A stretch of DNA of 64,000 nt from an uncultured virus (IMG/VR IMGVR_UViG_3300023184_002233) (Duplodnaviria > Heunggongvirae > Uroviricota > Caudoviricetes), in IMG/VR virus record IMGVR_UViG_3300023184_002233; one strand, 5' to 3'. Below the pieces are notes generated by a model. That model saw only the letters and a list, made by a program, of their open reading frames with translations, was not told the DNA's origin and did not search any database. This document shows positions 10,401 through 25,800 of this stretch, one piece after another. The number at the start of each line of letters is the position of its first letter. The stretch's first letter is position 1. Both the position numbers and the translations under genes were made by a program.

Positions 10401-10830
10401 TCCTAGAATACAAGATTATAAAATGTTAAGTGATAGTGCTATTTTAAATAGTGTTGTGTTTAAACCATTGTTTGGTCCTAAAGCAGCAGCAGCATTAAGA
10501 GGAACAATTAAAGTTATTAAGAATTCTAATACAAACGCCAGCGATAGTGAAATTCGTAGTGCAGTGTTAGCATCAATGGATGATTATTTTAATATTAATA
10601 ATTGGAATTTTGGAGACACGTTTTATTTTAGTGAATTGAGTGCATATATTCATAATCAGATAGGAGAATACGTTAGTTCTTGCGTATTAGTACCAAATGA
10701 TCCTACAATGGCATTTGGTGATTTGTATGAAATTAAATGTTTACCATATGAGATATTTGTAAATGCAGCAACAGCAAATGATGTAATAGTTATTGCTGCC
10801 CTTACACCCGCCGAATTACAGATAGCATAA
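7459..10830 (+). CDS. Baseplate wedge protein, T4 gp6-like
   Basis: 1123 aa; DF.SYDYETLR, FNDYIESSEFIALLD, ARENF.DTAERRDSV.KLA, FGDGVF.EIP, ESL.DIK.RAP..Y..QNRMV..EDY. Confidence 0.85.
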   Translation: MATSSRQSALFGVNDWKAIYQTFQQADFRSYDYETLRKTFIDYLRIYYPETFNDYIESSEFIALLDVIAFMGQGLAFRNDLNARENFMDTAERRDSVIKLANLVSYTPKRNLTSQGYLKVTSISTTQNITDLNGFNLSNTTILWNDPANSYWLEQYNTIINAALVNTQRVGVPGNSAQILGVKTDEYTIQIPAGSLPAIPFSNNVNGMNMNFELCSVTTVGEDYVYELPPAPTNRFNMLYRNDKLGYGSPNTGFFFYFKQGTLQNFDFVLQNQISNQTIDIDIQGVNNTDTWLYQISQANGLFGLWKQVENVYANAYLQREASINKIFSVGSGFNDQVSYIFGDGVFSEIPVGNFRAYVRAGNALTYTIDPTQMQGISVNINYVSRVGRIETLTLQLALQLPVSNAQVRESLADIKQRAPSRYYTQNRMVNGEDYNNFPYTLYSSIIKSKAINRSSVGISKNLDLLDPTGKYSSTNSFANDGGIYLNNNEGNALLVVNSTSDIITFLTGTLTTILQDNRSLQYYLQYYTRYNINTASGDGTTYWQTKTVNANSMTGYFYNIVNGGENPIPVGTYSTYNAKYITKGAMLKFTAPAGYYFDVNNRLVNGVAGPSDATYIWTTVLNVVGDGYNNGAGAFANGTGPITLNAYIPTDAILSLVIPSFSNSLPNSVINECMTRIDLQQDFSLVFNNSLTIAQNRWSVEAYNANNYFVNFNSTGYNRYTVTYRSLIYYFGSVADTRFTYEAGKLVYDPFTGKILQDYVNMLVTNTQPNSNYPLNQAIVASIIGQTVQSNGYINDFEVEVACIDTNDRTIIQNPDFFNEVTGYVTGNTNIGIYAFFEEVQDAINLTSYQLIASSDVIYQYPTQTQVEVVKYEYPVGQLFYAYTDNVFYITVQDPTIITPYYTLVAQPQYSMKPGRQGLQFQYRHNSNNTTRIDPATTNIIDLYVVTQAYYTQYQNWIQDTTDTVPIPTRPTINELSQSYPRIQDYKMLSDSAILNSVVFKPLFGPKAAAALRGTIKVIKNSNTNASDSEIRSAVLASMDDYFNINNWNFGDTFYFSELSAYIHNQIGEYVSSCVLVPNDPTMAFGDLYEIKCLPYEIFVNAATANDVIVIAALTPAELQIA

Positions 10831-10833
10831 GTA
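10827..10833 (+). promoter_or_regulatory. Putative late promoter variant ATAAGTA
   Basis: Overlaps gp6-like stop, 25 nt upstream of giant gene; same variant at 54375. Confidence 0.35.
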
Positions 10834-10858
10834 ATATATAACATAAAGAATTTTAAAG

Positions 10859-13800
10859 ATGGCAACAAGAATTAGAACATTAAATTTCTTACCAGAGATA
10901 TTTAAGACACCAACCAATGCTCAGTTTCTAGCAGCAACGCTAGATCAGTTAGTATCACAACCTAATACTAAAAAGATAGAAGGATATGTTGGTAGTAAAT
11001 TTGGTTATGGAATTAATGCTAATGATTATTATGTTACTGAACCAACAAAGATAAGAACAGATTATCAATTAGAACCAGGGGTTGCTTTCTTAAAAGAAAA
11101 TGATACCACCGCTACAGATTTTATTAGTTATCCTGGTATAATTGATTCACTAAAATTAGAAGGTGCATTAACGGATAACAACAATAGATTATTCAATAGT
11201 GAATTTTATTCATGGGATTCATTTACTAATTTAGATAAGATTATTAACTTTAACCAATATTATTGGTTGCCAACAGGGCCTGAGCGTGTAGTTGTTGCCA
11301 CCGATATTGTATATAATTCAGCAGCATATGTAGTTCAGAGTTTATCAAATGAATATTTAATATCTTCTGAAACACTTACTACTCCTAGTTCTAATCCATC
11401 ACTAACCTTATTGAGAGGTGGTACATATACATTTACTGTTAATCAAAATAGTCAATTCTGGATTCAAGGCGCACCGGGCGTTACTGGATATAGTCCAACA
11501 CAACGCAATGTACAAACTCGTGATGTATACGGGGTTACTAATAACGGAGCAGAAAATGGTATAGTAACATTTACTGTTCCGCAAAAAGATGCACTTAATG
11601 AATATAATTTTCCGCTTGGGCCAAGCATTGGAGTAATATCTACTCTTCCCTTCAGCCAAGTTAACGGAGCATTAGTAAATGATATTGGTGGAATTGACGG
11701 AGTAACCGCACTAAACGGATTAACCGTGATGTTTTACAATACAGGCATCGAAGATGAAATTGCTTATGTAAATCAATTTTATGATCAAACAACATATGAT
11801 CAAGAGACAAGCGGTTCAGTTAGCCCGGGCGGCGGGGTACCATATGATAATACAACAGATTATCCCGGAACATCAATCTTTAATTATAATTATGAAGGTG
11901 GGTATTACACCACAGTAAATCAAAATTTTTATACAATAACTTTATTAGGTGATCAAGCTAATCCACAAATTCAATTGACCCCAACTGCACCTATACCAAA
12001 TAATCAAATAATAACACCTTTGTTTGGTACTCAATTTGCTGATATAGGATTTTACAGAAATAGTATAGGAACCATATCACCTATCCCATACAATAGTGCA
12101 ATATTAGATAGACTATATTATCAAGATGGTTCTAATCCAAATAAAGTTGGGGTATTAAAGATTGTAGATAGTAATGTTACTAATACGTTAAACATCTTAA
12201 CTCAAATTTTAGGTAGATCAACCTATACTGCACCAAATGGAGTGGTGTTTAGTAATGGATTAAAAGTTTTATTTCAGGGTGATATATATCCAGAAAGTTA
12301 TAACAACGTAGAATATTATGTTGAGGGTGTGGGCACTGCTATTGAATTAATACCAGTAACAACTTTAGTTACCCCGGGGTTGTTCTCTGAAGGCACATAC
12401 ATCCCATATGATACATTAGCATATGATGTTGGTAATTATGATTCAAGTTTAAATATTCCAGTTGAACAAGATTATATAACTATTGCTAGAAATGCAATTA
12501 ATAAAAATGCATGGTCAAGAAGTAATCGTTGGTTCCACATTGATGTGATACGTGCTACTGCTTTGTATAACAACAGTCCCGACTTGGTTACTCAACTGGC
12601 TACTTTGAATAATAAAGCAAATCGTCCAATAATTGAATTTTATCCAAACTTAAGATTATTTGATTCAGGGGCATATGGAAAACCTCCAATAGATTTCTTA
12701 GATACCCGTACTACTGATGCGTTTAGTCAAGTAGCCGGACAAACTAACTATTACCCTGACGTTGCTGGATACACTACATACAATGCAACTATTGCACCAG
12801 TCACCGGTGCAATTACTACTAAAACCGCAACATCAACTACTGCGGTATCAAATGAAATCACTTTAAATAATACAACCGGTGTTCATATTAATGATACCAT
12901 TGTGTTTGGTGGTACAGTATTTGGTGGAATTGCTTCTGGTACTACTTACTACATTACTAATGTTATTGGTAATAATATTACAATATCAACTACTAAATTA
13001 GGAACTAGTCTTTCATTAACAACTAGTAGTGGAACAATGACTACTAGCATATATCCATATAGTACAACAATCACAATCCCAACTAGTGATGTGTCCGGAT
13101 TATTTGAAGTTGGTCAGTATATATCTGATTCTACAAATTTATTACCAACAATTACTTTTATTACAGATGTGACTACAGTAAGTACAGATACTGTTATAAC
13201 AGTCTCATGGGATAAAACAAATGCAACTGTTTCAGCAACTTCAGTAGCATCAGTAGTTACGGCTGATACTCCTTTATCTAACTATGCATTGTTTGAGGGT
13301 TCTCGTGTTGTTTTTGCATCAGATACTAACTTAGAAGTTAGAAACAAAATATATGTTTCACATTTTTCTACCATCTCGGGTTCTTCTACTCCAATCATTA
13401 CTCTTACTGAAGCAGAAGATGGTTTAGTATTGGCAGATGAACAAACTGCTGTATATAGAGGGTATACTAATAGAGGTAAAGACTTTTATTTTGACGGACT
13501 TTATTGGAATGCTGGACAACAAAAAACAAACGTAAATCAGCCACCTAAATTTGATGTGTTGGATAGCAATAATATAAGTTTTGGTAATCCAGAATATTAT
13601 TTAGGTACTTCATTTACAGGTTGTACATTATTTGCATATGGCATTGGTACTGGCCCAAATGATTCTGTTTTGGGATTCCCGTTGCGTTATAGTTCTGTAG
13701 ATAACGTAGGTGATATAAGTTTTGATGTTACATTAAATAGTCAAACTTTTACTTATGTAGATGGAACTTCCCCGATTACACAAAATGTAAACACCGGCTA

Positions 13801-16800
13801 TATATTTAATTACCTAACTAGAACTGAGTATGTAAGAGAATTGGGATGGCAAACAGCAGTATCACCTAGTGTACAATATCAAGTATTTGAATTTAATTGG
13901 AACCTTATAGATTTAAATCCAGAGTTTGTTTGTGATGTTTCTGCTACCTATAGCATCCCAACAAACTGGCCATTAGTTCAAGTTTATATCAACAACACAT
14001 ATTTGCCTTCTACTGATTATACTGTTACTATTACTGATACTACTACTACTATAGATATCCCTATTTTTACTATTAATAGTATAGAAACCGTTATTCAAGT
14101 TTTGGTATTGAGCGATCAAGTAAGTAAAACTGCATATTATCAAACCCCTATCAATTTGAATAATAATCCTTTAAATCAGGATATTACTACTGCTAATATT
14201 GGTGATATACGCGGACAATATCAAAGTATATTCTTCAATAATCCAAACACAACCGGAGAAGTATTTGGTCCTAACAATTATCGTGATTTAGGTAATCTAG
14301 TTCCATGGGGCAATAGAATAATTCAAAATGGTGCCTCATTAGTATTACCTGGCACCTTCTTACGCAAACAAAATCATAATTTGTTTAACTCAATATTGTA
14401 TAATAGCAGACAATATATTGGTTTTAAAAACTTATTAATGGATACAGTTAACACCACTGATTACAGTTATTACATGACAGCAGCAGCAATGCTTGATGAT
14501 GCACTAGATGTAATGAATGCTCCGCGTACTGATAGTGATTCATTCTTTTGGAGTGATATGTTGCCTCAGAAGGCACCGTATATTACCAACACTTATAGTT
14601 TTGCAAATTCTTTAGATGTAAGTATCTATCCATTAAGTACCATCTATAATTATGCTACTGCAAATTACAATGGAATATTGGTATATTTAGTTCGCAATGG
14701 GGTTCAAACTCAGTTGATAAAAAATGTTGATTATACAATAAGTTCAACTTCGCCGGCATTGACTGTTACTAAAGATTTATTGCAAAATGACCAGATCATT
14801 ATCAATGAATATAATCAGACATACGGAAGTTTTGCACCAAATACTCCTACTAAATTGGGATTGTATCCAGCAACTATACCTAACGTAACTTTAGATACTG
14901 CTTATGTTGTACCAACATATTTTATAGTTGGGCATGATGGTTCATATAATAAGTTATATGGAGAATATAATTCAGTAACTGGAAAGTTAGAAGATTTTAG
15001 AGATCAGGTATTACTTGAGTTTGAAACTCGTGTTTATAATAATTTAAAATTAAGCAACACTATTCCAATACAAGCATATGAAGTATTGCCTGGCTTCTTT
15101 AGAAATACAGGATATTCATATGCTGAGTTTTTGCAAATATATAGTGAATCATTTTTAAATTGGGTAGGTCAGAACAGGGTTGATTATAAAACACAATTAT
15201 ATTCAGTTAATGGAAAATATTCCTACAACTATACTAATAGTGGCAATAGAATAAATGGAGAACCCATTGAACAAGGATATTTTAGAGGGATGTATCTATT
15301 CTATTATGATACAAGCACCCCAAATGTTACTCCATGGGAAATGTTAGGATATGCTAATCAACCTGATTGGTGGGTAACTCGTTACGGTCCAGCACCATAC
15401 ACAAGTGATAACTTAGTATTGTGGGGAGATTTAGCTGCCGGTGAAGATTGGGGAACTATTAACCCTGTTACTGGTCGCGGTGTTGTATTGCCTAGATATG
15501 TCCGTAATGGGTTGTTAAATATATTGCCAGTTGACAGTAGTGGAAATTTAGTTCCCCCATTAGATTCTGTTGTGGGTAATTATGATGAAAACACTTTCAG
15601 AAACAATTGGCAAGTGGGTGATGTAGGTCCTACTGAGTTTAGTTATCGTAGAAGTAGTTCATGGCCATTTGATTTGATGCGTATATTAGCATTAACTAAA
15701 CCGGCTGAATTCTTTAATTTAGGAGTGGATGTTGACAATTACAAATACAATAGTGAATTTGATCAATATCTAGTTAATAACAGAAGCCACCTGGTAGTTA
15801 ACAATATTCCAATATATGGAAATGGAACTCCCGCAACTAGTTATATCAATTGGATAGTTGACTTTGAAAAACAAGTCGGGGTTGATGCAACTACAAATAT
15901 TACTACATTATTAGACAATTTAGATGTTCGTTTAGTATATCGTTTAGCTGGGTTTAGTGATAAAAACTTATTAAAGTTCTATGTTGAAAAAAGTTCAGCA
16001 AACAGTAACAACAGTTCATTGTTAATTCCTGATGAAAGTTATAGCGTTTTATTATATGATAATCAAGCATTTGATAGAATTGTGTATAGTGGTGTGGTTA
16101 TACAAATCGCAACAATTGATAATGATCCTTTAAAGGGAACATGTTTTAGAATATTTGGCAATTCACAAACTAATGCATATTTTAAAACATTGACCCCTAG
16201 CTACGGCGGGCAAACTGAAAGAGTTACGGTTGAGGGAGTCACTGTAACAATTACCAATACTTATAGCAATACTGTACAAGTAGTTCCATATGGTACAACA
16301 TTTTATACTGTGCAAGAAGTTGCTCAATTCTTGTCTAGTTACGGAAAATATTTAGAAAATCAAGGTGTAAAATTTGATCAAATAGAAAATGGAGTGCCGG
16401 TTAACTGGTCACAAATGATTGCTGAATTTTTATATTGGTCACAAACTGGATGGGATGTAGGAAGTATCACTACATTAAATCCATCCGCTAATACATTTAC
16501 AGTTAACAAAGATAGTTATATTGTTCAGCCGCTAACATTTAGACAATTGAATTTTGTATTAAATCAAAACTTATATCCAATTCAATCTGTTGATTTATCT
16601 GTAGTTCGTAATGGTACCATTTTTGATGCAACTCCATTAAATCAAGGTGATACAATTGCATACGGACAATTTAATATTAGTAATATTGAACATGGTGTTG
16701 TGTTTGATAATGTAACCTTGTTCAATGATATTATTTATAATCTAGTTACTGGATTGCGTCAAAATAGAATTTATCTTCGTGGAACAAAGACTGCTGATTG

Positions 16801-19800
16801 GGACGGCACAATGGATGCATATGGTTTCATCCTTAATCAAGACAATATTGCTGAATGGTCTAGAGAAGTAAAATATACCAAGGGTTCAATTGTCAAATAT
16901 AAAAACAAATATTGGACGGCATTAACAATCATCCAGGCAAAAGAAATATTTGATGAACGTGATTGGAGAAGAACCGATTATAACGAAATACAAAAGGGAT
17001 TGTTACCTAATAGTCAAACACGTTCATATGAAAGCACTTTGTATTATGATATAAACAATGCTAATTTGGAAAACGATGCTGACTTATTAAGTTTCAGTTT
17101 AATTGGATATCGTCCAAGAGATTACATGGCTTTGGCTGACCTTACTGACATCACACAAATTAATGTTTATCAAAACATGATTAAAGATAAAGGTACACTA
17201 AATGCTGCTAGCGCATTTAAAGGTGCAACATTAGCACAGGGTGGAATTGACTATGATCTTTATGAAAATTGGGCAATAAAATCAGGTGAGTTTGGTGGAA
17301 TATTAAATGATAACTTTATTGAATTCCAATTAAAACAAAGTGAATTAACAGGCAATCCTTCTATTGTTGGTTTAACTAATGGGGTGCCAAACGCCGGAGT
17401 ACAACAAGAAGTACCTATATACTCTATTACAAATTACGGCAGACCAATCTCTAATGTTGATGTATTGCCAACAATAGAGCCAACTAGCCCATCTACATTA
17501 TTACCTAGTGCTGGCTATGTTAATTTCAACGATGTTAAGATGGCAAGTTATTTCTATTCTGGATTATCTAGTGCTATTAATTCAGTTGGAACATTAGTTC
17601 CAATTAATAAGTTCTATGTGCGTGACTATGCCTGGCTAGCAAATTATCTATCTGAATGGAAAGTATTTACTCCTGCTAGTTTAGGTGCTGTTACAAATGC
17701 AAAAAATAATTTAAACAATACAGTAACAATTACTTTTAGCCAAGCACATAATTTAAGTCGTTATCAGTTATTTGCAATTGTTAATTTTGATACAAATATT
17801 AATAATTATTATATTGTTGCAGCAGTAGTTGATCCATTCAATGTTATTATCAACCTTGCACTAAACCCTAGCATACGTAATATTACTGGGTTGGGCATTG
17901 GATTTAAAATGCAAAATCAACGTGTGGCAACCGCACCTGAAATTGGTGATCTGCCATTACTAGATAACGAATTTAATAAATTAAAAGTTTGGGTTGATAC
18001 AAACAACGACGGCAGCTGGGCTGTATTCCGTAAGAGTTTAAATTATCAATTTGAAAAAGAAATACTAAATTCAGCTAGTCAATCATTTGGTAGCGCAGTT
18101 GCATACACGACTGACATGGGTTATCTAATCGGTGATGCAGATGCAGGTGAAGTTTACAGATATAAGTACGATCCAATCACTGATTCATATTTGTTAAATC
18201 AAACTATTAGTCATGGTGCATCTTTTGGTTCTACTATTTCTTATACAGACGACTTGTTTGTTATATCTGAACCAACCAGTTCTAGCAATGTTTACATATA
18301 TCAATTAATAACTACATTGTTGGTTAATACAGTTAATTTATACCAGACAATAGCTGCCCCGGGAGGCGTAACAAATTGGGGTAGTTCTACCACATTATCA
18401 GGGGACAAGAATTGGTTATACATATCTGACATTGACAATAATAGTGTTCATGTTTATCGTAAGTCAACTATTACTGATTTATATGAACCTATGTATATTA
18501 TTGATGGTGACACTTTAGGCTTAACATCTTCTGGCGATAAGTTTGGATATTCAATTTCTACTGACTATTACGGAGACACAGTGGTCATTGGCACTCCGTT
18601 TAAAAATTACAATGGTGCAACAGAAAACTACGGGTATACATATGTATTTGATAGAACAGTTCAAAACTTTGAAATACAAAATACTAGTCAACGGTATATT
18701 CCTTTACCGTTGTCATTAGCATGGACTCCCACCACAGTGACACAAACAGCAACAGCAACTAACGCAACTACAGACAGGATTACAGTTACTAGTAGTGCTG
18801 GGTTTAGTGTAGGAGATCCTGTAATATTTTCCGGCACATTATTATCATCTGGCGCATTAGGTGAGAATATTGTTTATTATGTTTATGATAAACCATCAGC
18901 AACTACTTTCAGAGTTGCATTGACTCGTGACGCAATTTCCCCAATTCAATTGAATACAGAATCTGGCGGCAGCATGGTAGTTACTGTACAAACCACTCCA
19001 TTGTTTGTTACAATTAACGGAACTCTAATTGAAGATAATAACTATGCTGTTATTGGTTCAGTATTGTATATGTATAGTAGTTCTACTCCATTATTAAATG
19101 CAGGTGATATTGTTAATGTTAGTGGTATAAATTTTGTGTTAGCACAAACACTAGATAACGGGCAAGCACCAAGAGTTGGGGTTGAATTTGGAACAAGTGT
19201 AGATACTAACAAGTTTGCAAATGAAATATTAGTCGGCGCACCATTTGAATTGAACAGTAAAAATTATGAAGGTGCGGTACATAGATTCACCAATGGTGGA
19301 GAAAGTTACGGTATAATTATAGGCACTAGTGACTGCAATATAACTACACCTAGAAATATTTTATTAAATGGATATAGTGTTTCATTGCCGGTTGGTAATG
19401 CTACTGCCGCGGCACAAGCAATTAATTTAACACAGGTAACTAATGTTAATGCAACTGCATTAGATGGCAAATTAATCATTCAATTAATAAACATTGACAT
19501 AAGCACCCCGAACAATAAACTATCATTGACCGCAGTAGAATCTGTTACGTTTGCTGAGTTAGGCATAAATGTCTTTACAGAAACACAAGTAGTAACTTGT
19601 CCACACCCTACAGGAAGAACACAATTTGGTACAACAATAAAATTTGATAAATCTAATTCAGGTTCATTTATATCAAGCGCACCGGTTGGAGCAAGATTTG
19701 CCGCTACTACGTTTGACTTCACAGATGATGAGTTAGACAATGATACAGTATTTGACAATAACGCAACACAATGGGTTGATACATTCCGTAATGCAGGTGC

Positions 19801-22800
19801 AGTATATATGTTTGATTACTTATCTACATATAATGAAAGTTTATCTGCACCGGGCAAATTTGTATATGCACAGAGCACAAATGCTAAAGATTTAGATTAC
19901 GGCTCACAACCATACTATGGCACTGCGCTAGATTTTAATGATAATCGTGTTACTGTAGGAACTCCTAACTTTGCGCCAACAACTAACGCCAATGACACCA
20001 ATGGACAAGTAATTACTTATGTAAGTTTAAGTAGCGAACCTGATTGGGCAGTATTTAGAAGTACAAGCGCAATTGTTGATGTTAATAGTTTAGGGCCTAT
20101 TCAGTTGTTTAGTGCAAGCACTAATCAAACACTAGAGAATTTAGATTATTTTGATCCCTTGCAAGGCAAATTATTGGGGGCTATACAACAAAATATAGAT
20201 GTTATATCTAATGTAGATCCAGCTGGATATAATAGTCCTAGCTATACCCAGGGTAATTTAGTTTGGGGGCCTGAAAAATTAGGCATGATTTGGTTTAATA
20301 CCAATAACACTAGATTTATGAATTATCATCAAAATGATGTAACATACAACAGTCAGTGGTGGGGTAGAGTATTCCCGGGAAGTGATGTTTCAGTTTATTC
20401 TTGGGTTGTAAGCAATGTGCCGCCGGCACAATATCCAGGTCCTGGTGTACCATTTAGTCCAACTGATTATAGTGTACAAGGCGTAATTAATGCTGAGGGA
20501 TTAGTAGTACCTGTTTATTACTTCTGGGCAAGAAACACTAATACTGTGTTTACCCGCAGAGATAAGACATTAGCTGACACTACATTGCAATTATATATTG
20601 CTAACCCACAGGGAACTGGCATTAGTTATTTCTCACCGTTATTACCAAATGTGTTTGGATTATATAACTGTTTTGATTATGTTAATGGAAATGATACAAC
20701 ATTACATATTGGATATGCAACAGCAAACAATGATGATGTAGCACATAATCAATATAGTTTGATTAGAGCAAATTATGCTGATGACTTTTTACCGGGATTT
20801 CCGGGCTCAGGCGCAGCATATCAATATCACGGGGCAGTAGGGATTACAGAGCCAACTAGTCTATACAATAGAATGTTAGATAGTATGTGTGGCGTAGATA
20901 ATTTTGGAGCAGTGGTTCCTAATCCGCTATTGCCAAAACTAGTACAAACAGGTGTATTGGCTAAGCCAAGACAAGGTTTCTTCTACGACAGATTTGGTGC
21001 ATTACAGAATTATTTACAGTATGCGAATGAAATATTAGCACAGTATCCTATAACTGAAACCAGAAATGCTGCATTTTTATCAAAAACCGGCACATTCTAT
21101 GACACTAAAAATTATTGGAATTACATAAACTGGTGGGCAACAGGATATAATAATAATACTAAATCATCATTACAGGTTTCTATCTACGCAGACTTATCTA
21201 CGTTGGATGTAGCAGCGGGCACAATTGTTACTGTAGTAGCAAATAGCGCCGGCAATAGCGAAACATACATCTATAATGTTGATGGTACCTGGACACGAAT
21301 TGGATTAACAAACGGTACAATAGAGTTCAGTAGCTATCTTTGGGATTATCCAAGTGCTAAATTAGGGTTTGGTGATAATTTCTTTGATACAAACTTATAT
21401 GATGAATATCCTAGTGAAGAAACACGTAACATAGTTCGTGCATTGAATGAAGAAATATATACCAATGAATTATTAATTCATAGAAATAAAAGTTTAATAT
21501 TATTATTTGAATATATTCAAAGTGAAACTGTTGAAAATCAAAATTATTTACCATGGTTAAACAAAACTTCATTGATGGATGTTTCACATACTATTAGAGA
21601 ATTATTACCATTGGAAGTATTTCGTTCTGATAATCAAGACTTCTTGGCAGGATATATTAATGAAGTTAAACCTTATCACGTAGTAATTAAAGAATTCTTA
21701 TTCAAGTATACAAAAACTGATGTATTTGAAGGAGACATAACTGACTTTGACATTCCATCACAATTTAACACAACTGTACAGCAATTCATATCTCCTGAGT
21801 TAGTATATGCTAATCCAAGTGGCGACAACCAATTCTTGCCAACTGATCCAATATGGCAAACTGCTCCTTATAGCCAATGGTTTAGTAATTATGGATTGAG
21901 CATAGGATATAGAGTAGAAAACACAGTAGCAGGTGAGACTAATTATCCTATTACTAAATTAGCATCGTATGTTTCATTAAGTTCTAACTCACTGTATGTT
22001 GATAATGTTAATGGTTTTCCAGTAACCGGTTCAATACTAATTGGGACAGAAGAAATTGCATACAGTTCTATAGATTTATTAACTAATCAATTATTAGGAT
22101 TGGCTCGTGGATATAATAGTACTACTATAGAACAACATATTCCCGGCGAACAAATATATATTGATTTGCCAGCAGTAATAGTATTGAATTCAGGTAGAGG
22201 ATATACTGAACCTCCTAGAGTTACTGCATATATTGACACTACGGTATATCCTGCACCAAGAGTAGTTGCACAACTTGAACCTATAATGAGTTTAGATTCA
22301 GTTATAGGTGTTAAAGTTTTAAATCCGGGCGAAGGCTATGCAGTTCTCCCAACAATTCAAATTGACCCTGCATTTACAATTACATTTAATAGTACAAGTG
22401 TTAATGTTGATAATAGTACTATTGAAATAGAAGCACCATTATTACAAACAGGAGATTTATTAATATATAATATCCCAGCCGGATCTACTAAAATAGGTGG
22501 ATTAGTTGATGGACAAAAATATTATGTTGGAGTTTTAGAAACTACCCCGTCTACTGTTATTGCATTGTATGATACATATTTTACTTTATTAAATGATCAC
22601 GACAGGGTGCCATTGACTAGTCAGGGTTCAGGAACTCAAACATTAAAAGTAGGAGCAGTAGCATCTTGCATAACAAGTTCTATTCCAACAAGAGAAAATT
22701 CAATAACCTTACGCTATGATAGAACCTCATATACCTCTCAAGTAATTGAGTGGGAACCAGCCGGTTATTATGGGTCTTTTTATGCTGGATCATTCAACGA

Positions 22801-25800
22801 TAGTTTGAGATTATCTTCATCTTCAATATCATTAGAAGCATCAAGCCCTCCAATCAGTTCAATTTTAGCAAGCGCACAAGGGGTTGGATTTTCAATCTTA
22901 AATGTAGAAAATAATCAGACATTAGAGTGGTCATCAAGAACAAGAGATACTATACAAACATATGGTCCCGCTGCAACTTACCCTAATGCAATAAGAATTA
23001 ATCCAAGTACGGGCGGATCATCAGTAGATGCATTGTTAGGTTCTACCTTAGGATTCTATGTGGGTATGCCTGTGAAATTTGTTGGTTCAATTCCAGCTGG
23101 TAGTCCAATCGTATCGTCAACTCCAATTGGTGTTACCCCTGAATCTACTACAATATATTATGTTAAGTCATTGCTTAAGTTACCTAAAATAATAGATGCA
23201 GGTTCTTTTGTATTCGGAAAAGTTTATACGATTGTTTCAGTAGGTAATACTGATTTTGTGGCAATAGGTGCTAGTGCTAATACAGTGGGTGTTGTTTTTA
23301 CTGCAACTGGCACAGGATCTGGCACAGGTACAGCATCAGACGCAACATTATTAGAAGATACTGGATTTACAATTTCTGCCACAGTAGATACAGATGGTGT
23401 ACCGGGCGCTACCTTTTCATTGACAACTGCAACAGTTGGAACCGCAGGGCTTACTTTGTATGTAGGTGAGTTAACTAATACTGCAATAATGACAGTTAAT
23501 TATAATGGTATTAGAACAGTAACAGGAACAAGTTCTACAAATAATATCATTACAATACCATTAAATGCTATTGGGGAAAATGGAACAACAGGATTTTATC
23601 AAGGTCTTCCTATATTCTTCACTGGAAACGTATTTGGCGGTGTTGTTGAAAATGACACTTACTATGTGACTACAGTCATTGACTTGCAGAATTTCACTAT
23701 GTCTACAAGCAATGATCCATTAGTATTAACTGCAACTGCAACTAATGCATCCGGATATGCAATTACATGTAATACAACATTGGGATTATCAGTAAATGAT
23801 CCGATTATATTTACCGGAACAACATTTGGTGGTATAGTTGAAGGCACCATCTATTATGTAAGAGAGTTATTCTCTGGCAATTCAACATTCTCTATTTCAG
23901 CTTCTGTTAATGGAAGTGCAGTTGTTTTAACAACTGATTCAGGCTCATGCTCTGTTACTAGTCAGGTTGATACTGTAGTATTAACTACATCAACAGGATC
24001 AATGACATTAAATATGGGCTTGCCAGTAAGTCCCGGACAAGTTAATGGACAACAATTTACATTGTATAAAACATCCGGGGAATACACTTCAGTATCTGGA
24101 ACTGTTTCTAATTTAATAGAAAGAAATATTACTGCTACATTGGCTACAGTTAATAGAGTATGTTTAACTACAAACAGCGGTGGAATAACTAATATTTACA
24201 CGAACATGGATTTTGATGTTGCTAGTAATATCGGTGGATTAACTACATCCGGCGGTCCATATACAGTTACTGGTACAGGAACAACATCAATAACAGTTAC
24301 CGCTACTTTTTCAAATAATAGATTAAGATGTACTGACACCGACGTATTATACGAAGGAATGCCAATATATTTTAGTGGAACATCATTGGGTGGAGTATCA
24401 CTTGATGAAGTATATTATGTATTAGATATTGTTAATTCTACTGATTTCACAATATCTGAATCACCTGCAGGATCAGAATTTGATACGTTAGGTGACAGTG
24501 GGTCAATGACTGGTACAGGTGAACCTTATCTAACGGTAGCTGATACATTATCTGATGCTACTGGATTAGTAACATTAACTCAATCAGTAGGAACTACTCC
24601 AACATTTAATGTAAGTTATATATTAGGTGGATATCAAGCTGTTGTTGCCACAGCTGGCACCGGCTATGCAGAAACTAATATTATAACTATTTTAGGAACT
24701 GCTATTGGCGGAACTACTCCTACAAATAATTTATCACTACAGGTATCGGCAGTTAATTCATCAGGCGGAATACTCGGCACTATTGCAAGTGGTGCTCCTG
24801 CAGGCGCAACAGAACAATATTATGTTAAAGTCTATTCTGAAACTCAGTTAGAATTATATGAAAATTCTAACTTAACGGTTGCAGTAAGCGGACTAAACTT
24901 CCCATATACAGGAATAACAACAACTACTGTAACCGAACTTGACACTTATGATATCACTGTAGATAGTTTAACAGGGTTTGATCTTAATGACCCAATCGTC
25001 TTTACTGGCACATTGGCAGGTAATATTGAATTAGGAACTACGTACTATATCAAGACATTAACACCTACATTAACTATCAGTGAAACAATCGCTGGTGCAT
25101 CATTTAATGTAGGCACAGCAACAAACTTGTCATTTACAATGGCTAAGGCAGGAGACTTTGCATTATTGCCAGAACCATTCTTCTTTGATGCATCTGTTGT
25201 AAAATATAATAATCGTCTATATCAATGTATTATTAGCAATAATGACCAAGACTTTATCTTTGGCAAGTGGGAATTGTTAGATGCAGGCAATAACAAATTG
25301 AATGCATTAGATAGAATCATGGGATACTATCAACCTACTGTAAATATGCCAGGGGTTGATTTGACTCAACTAGTAACTGGAATAACATATCCAAATGCAA
25401 CATACTTAGGTAATCCGTTTGCTCCGGCAGAAGAATTTACACTAGACACTATCTTAACTGATAGACCGTTCTATGCTACTGGATTAGACTTGAAAGCTGT
25501 TGTTTGGAATGGATTAACTTATGTAAGTGTAGCAGATACCACATCATATTCTTCAATTAATGTAAGTACAACCAGTGAGACCTGGGCTATTACTCAATTA
25601 TCTAATTCAACTATTAATATCACTGATATGTTGTTTAATGGAGTGTTCTATGTTATGACTTGTAACAATAGTGCTACCCCTATATTAACTAGTGAAGATG
25701 GCATAAATTGGAGTACAATCACTTCATATACTCCGCTTGGACTAACTGCTACTACTATACCATTGTCAATGAATAGTGTCTCTTATGGACAAAGTTTGGG

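Noticed and set aside
346..10830. Bacterial T6SS/eCIS locus instead of phage
   Set aside because: gp6-type large wedge, giant virion protein, fibre genes and T4-like late boxes, with no TssJLM/ClpV or Afp-type ATPase, favour a large myovirus.
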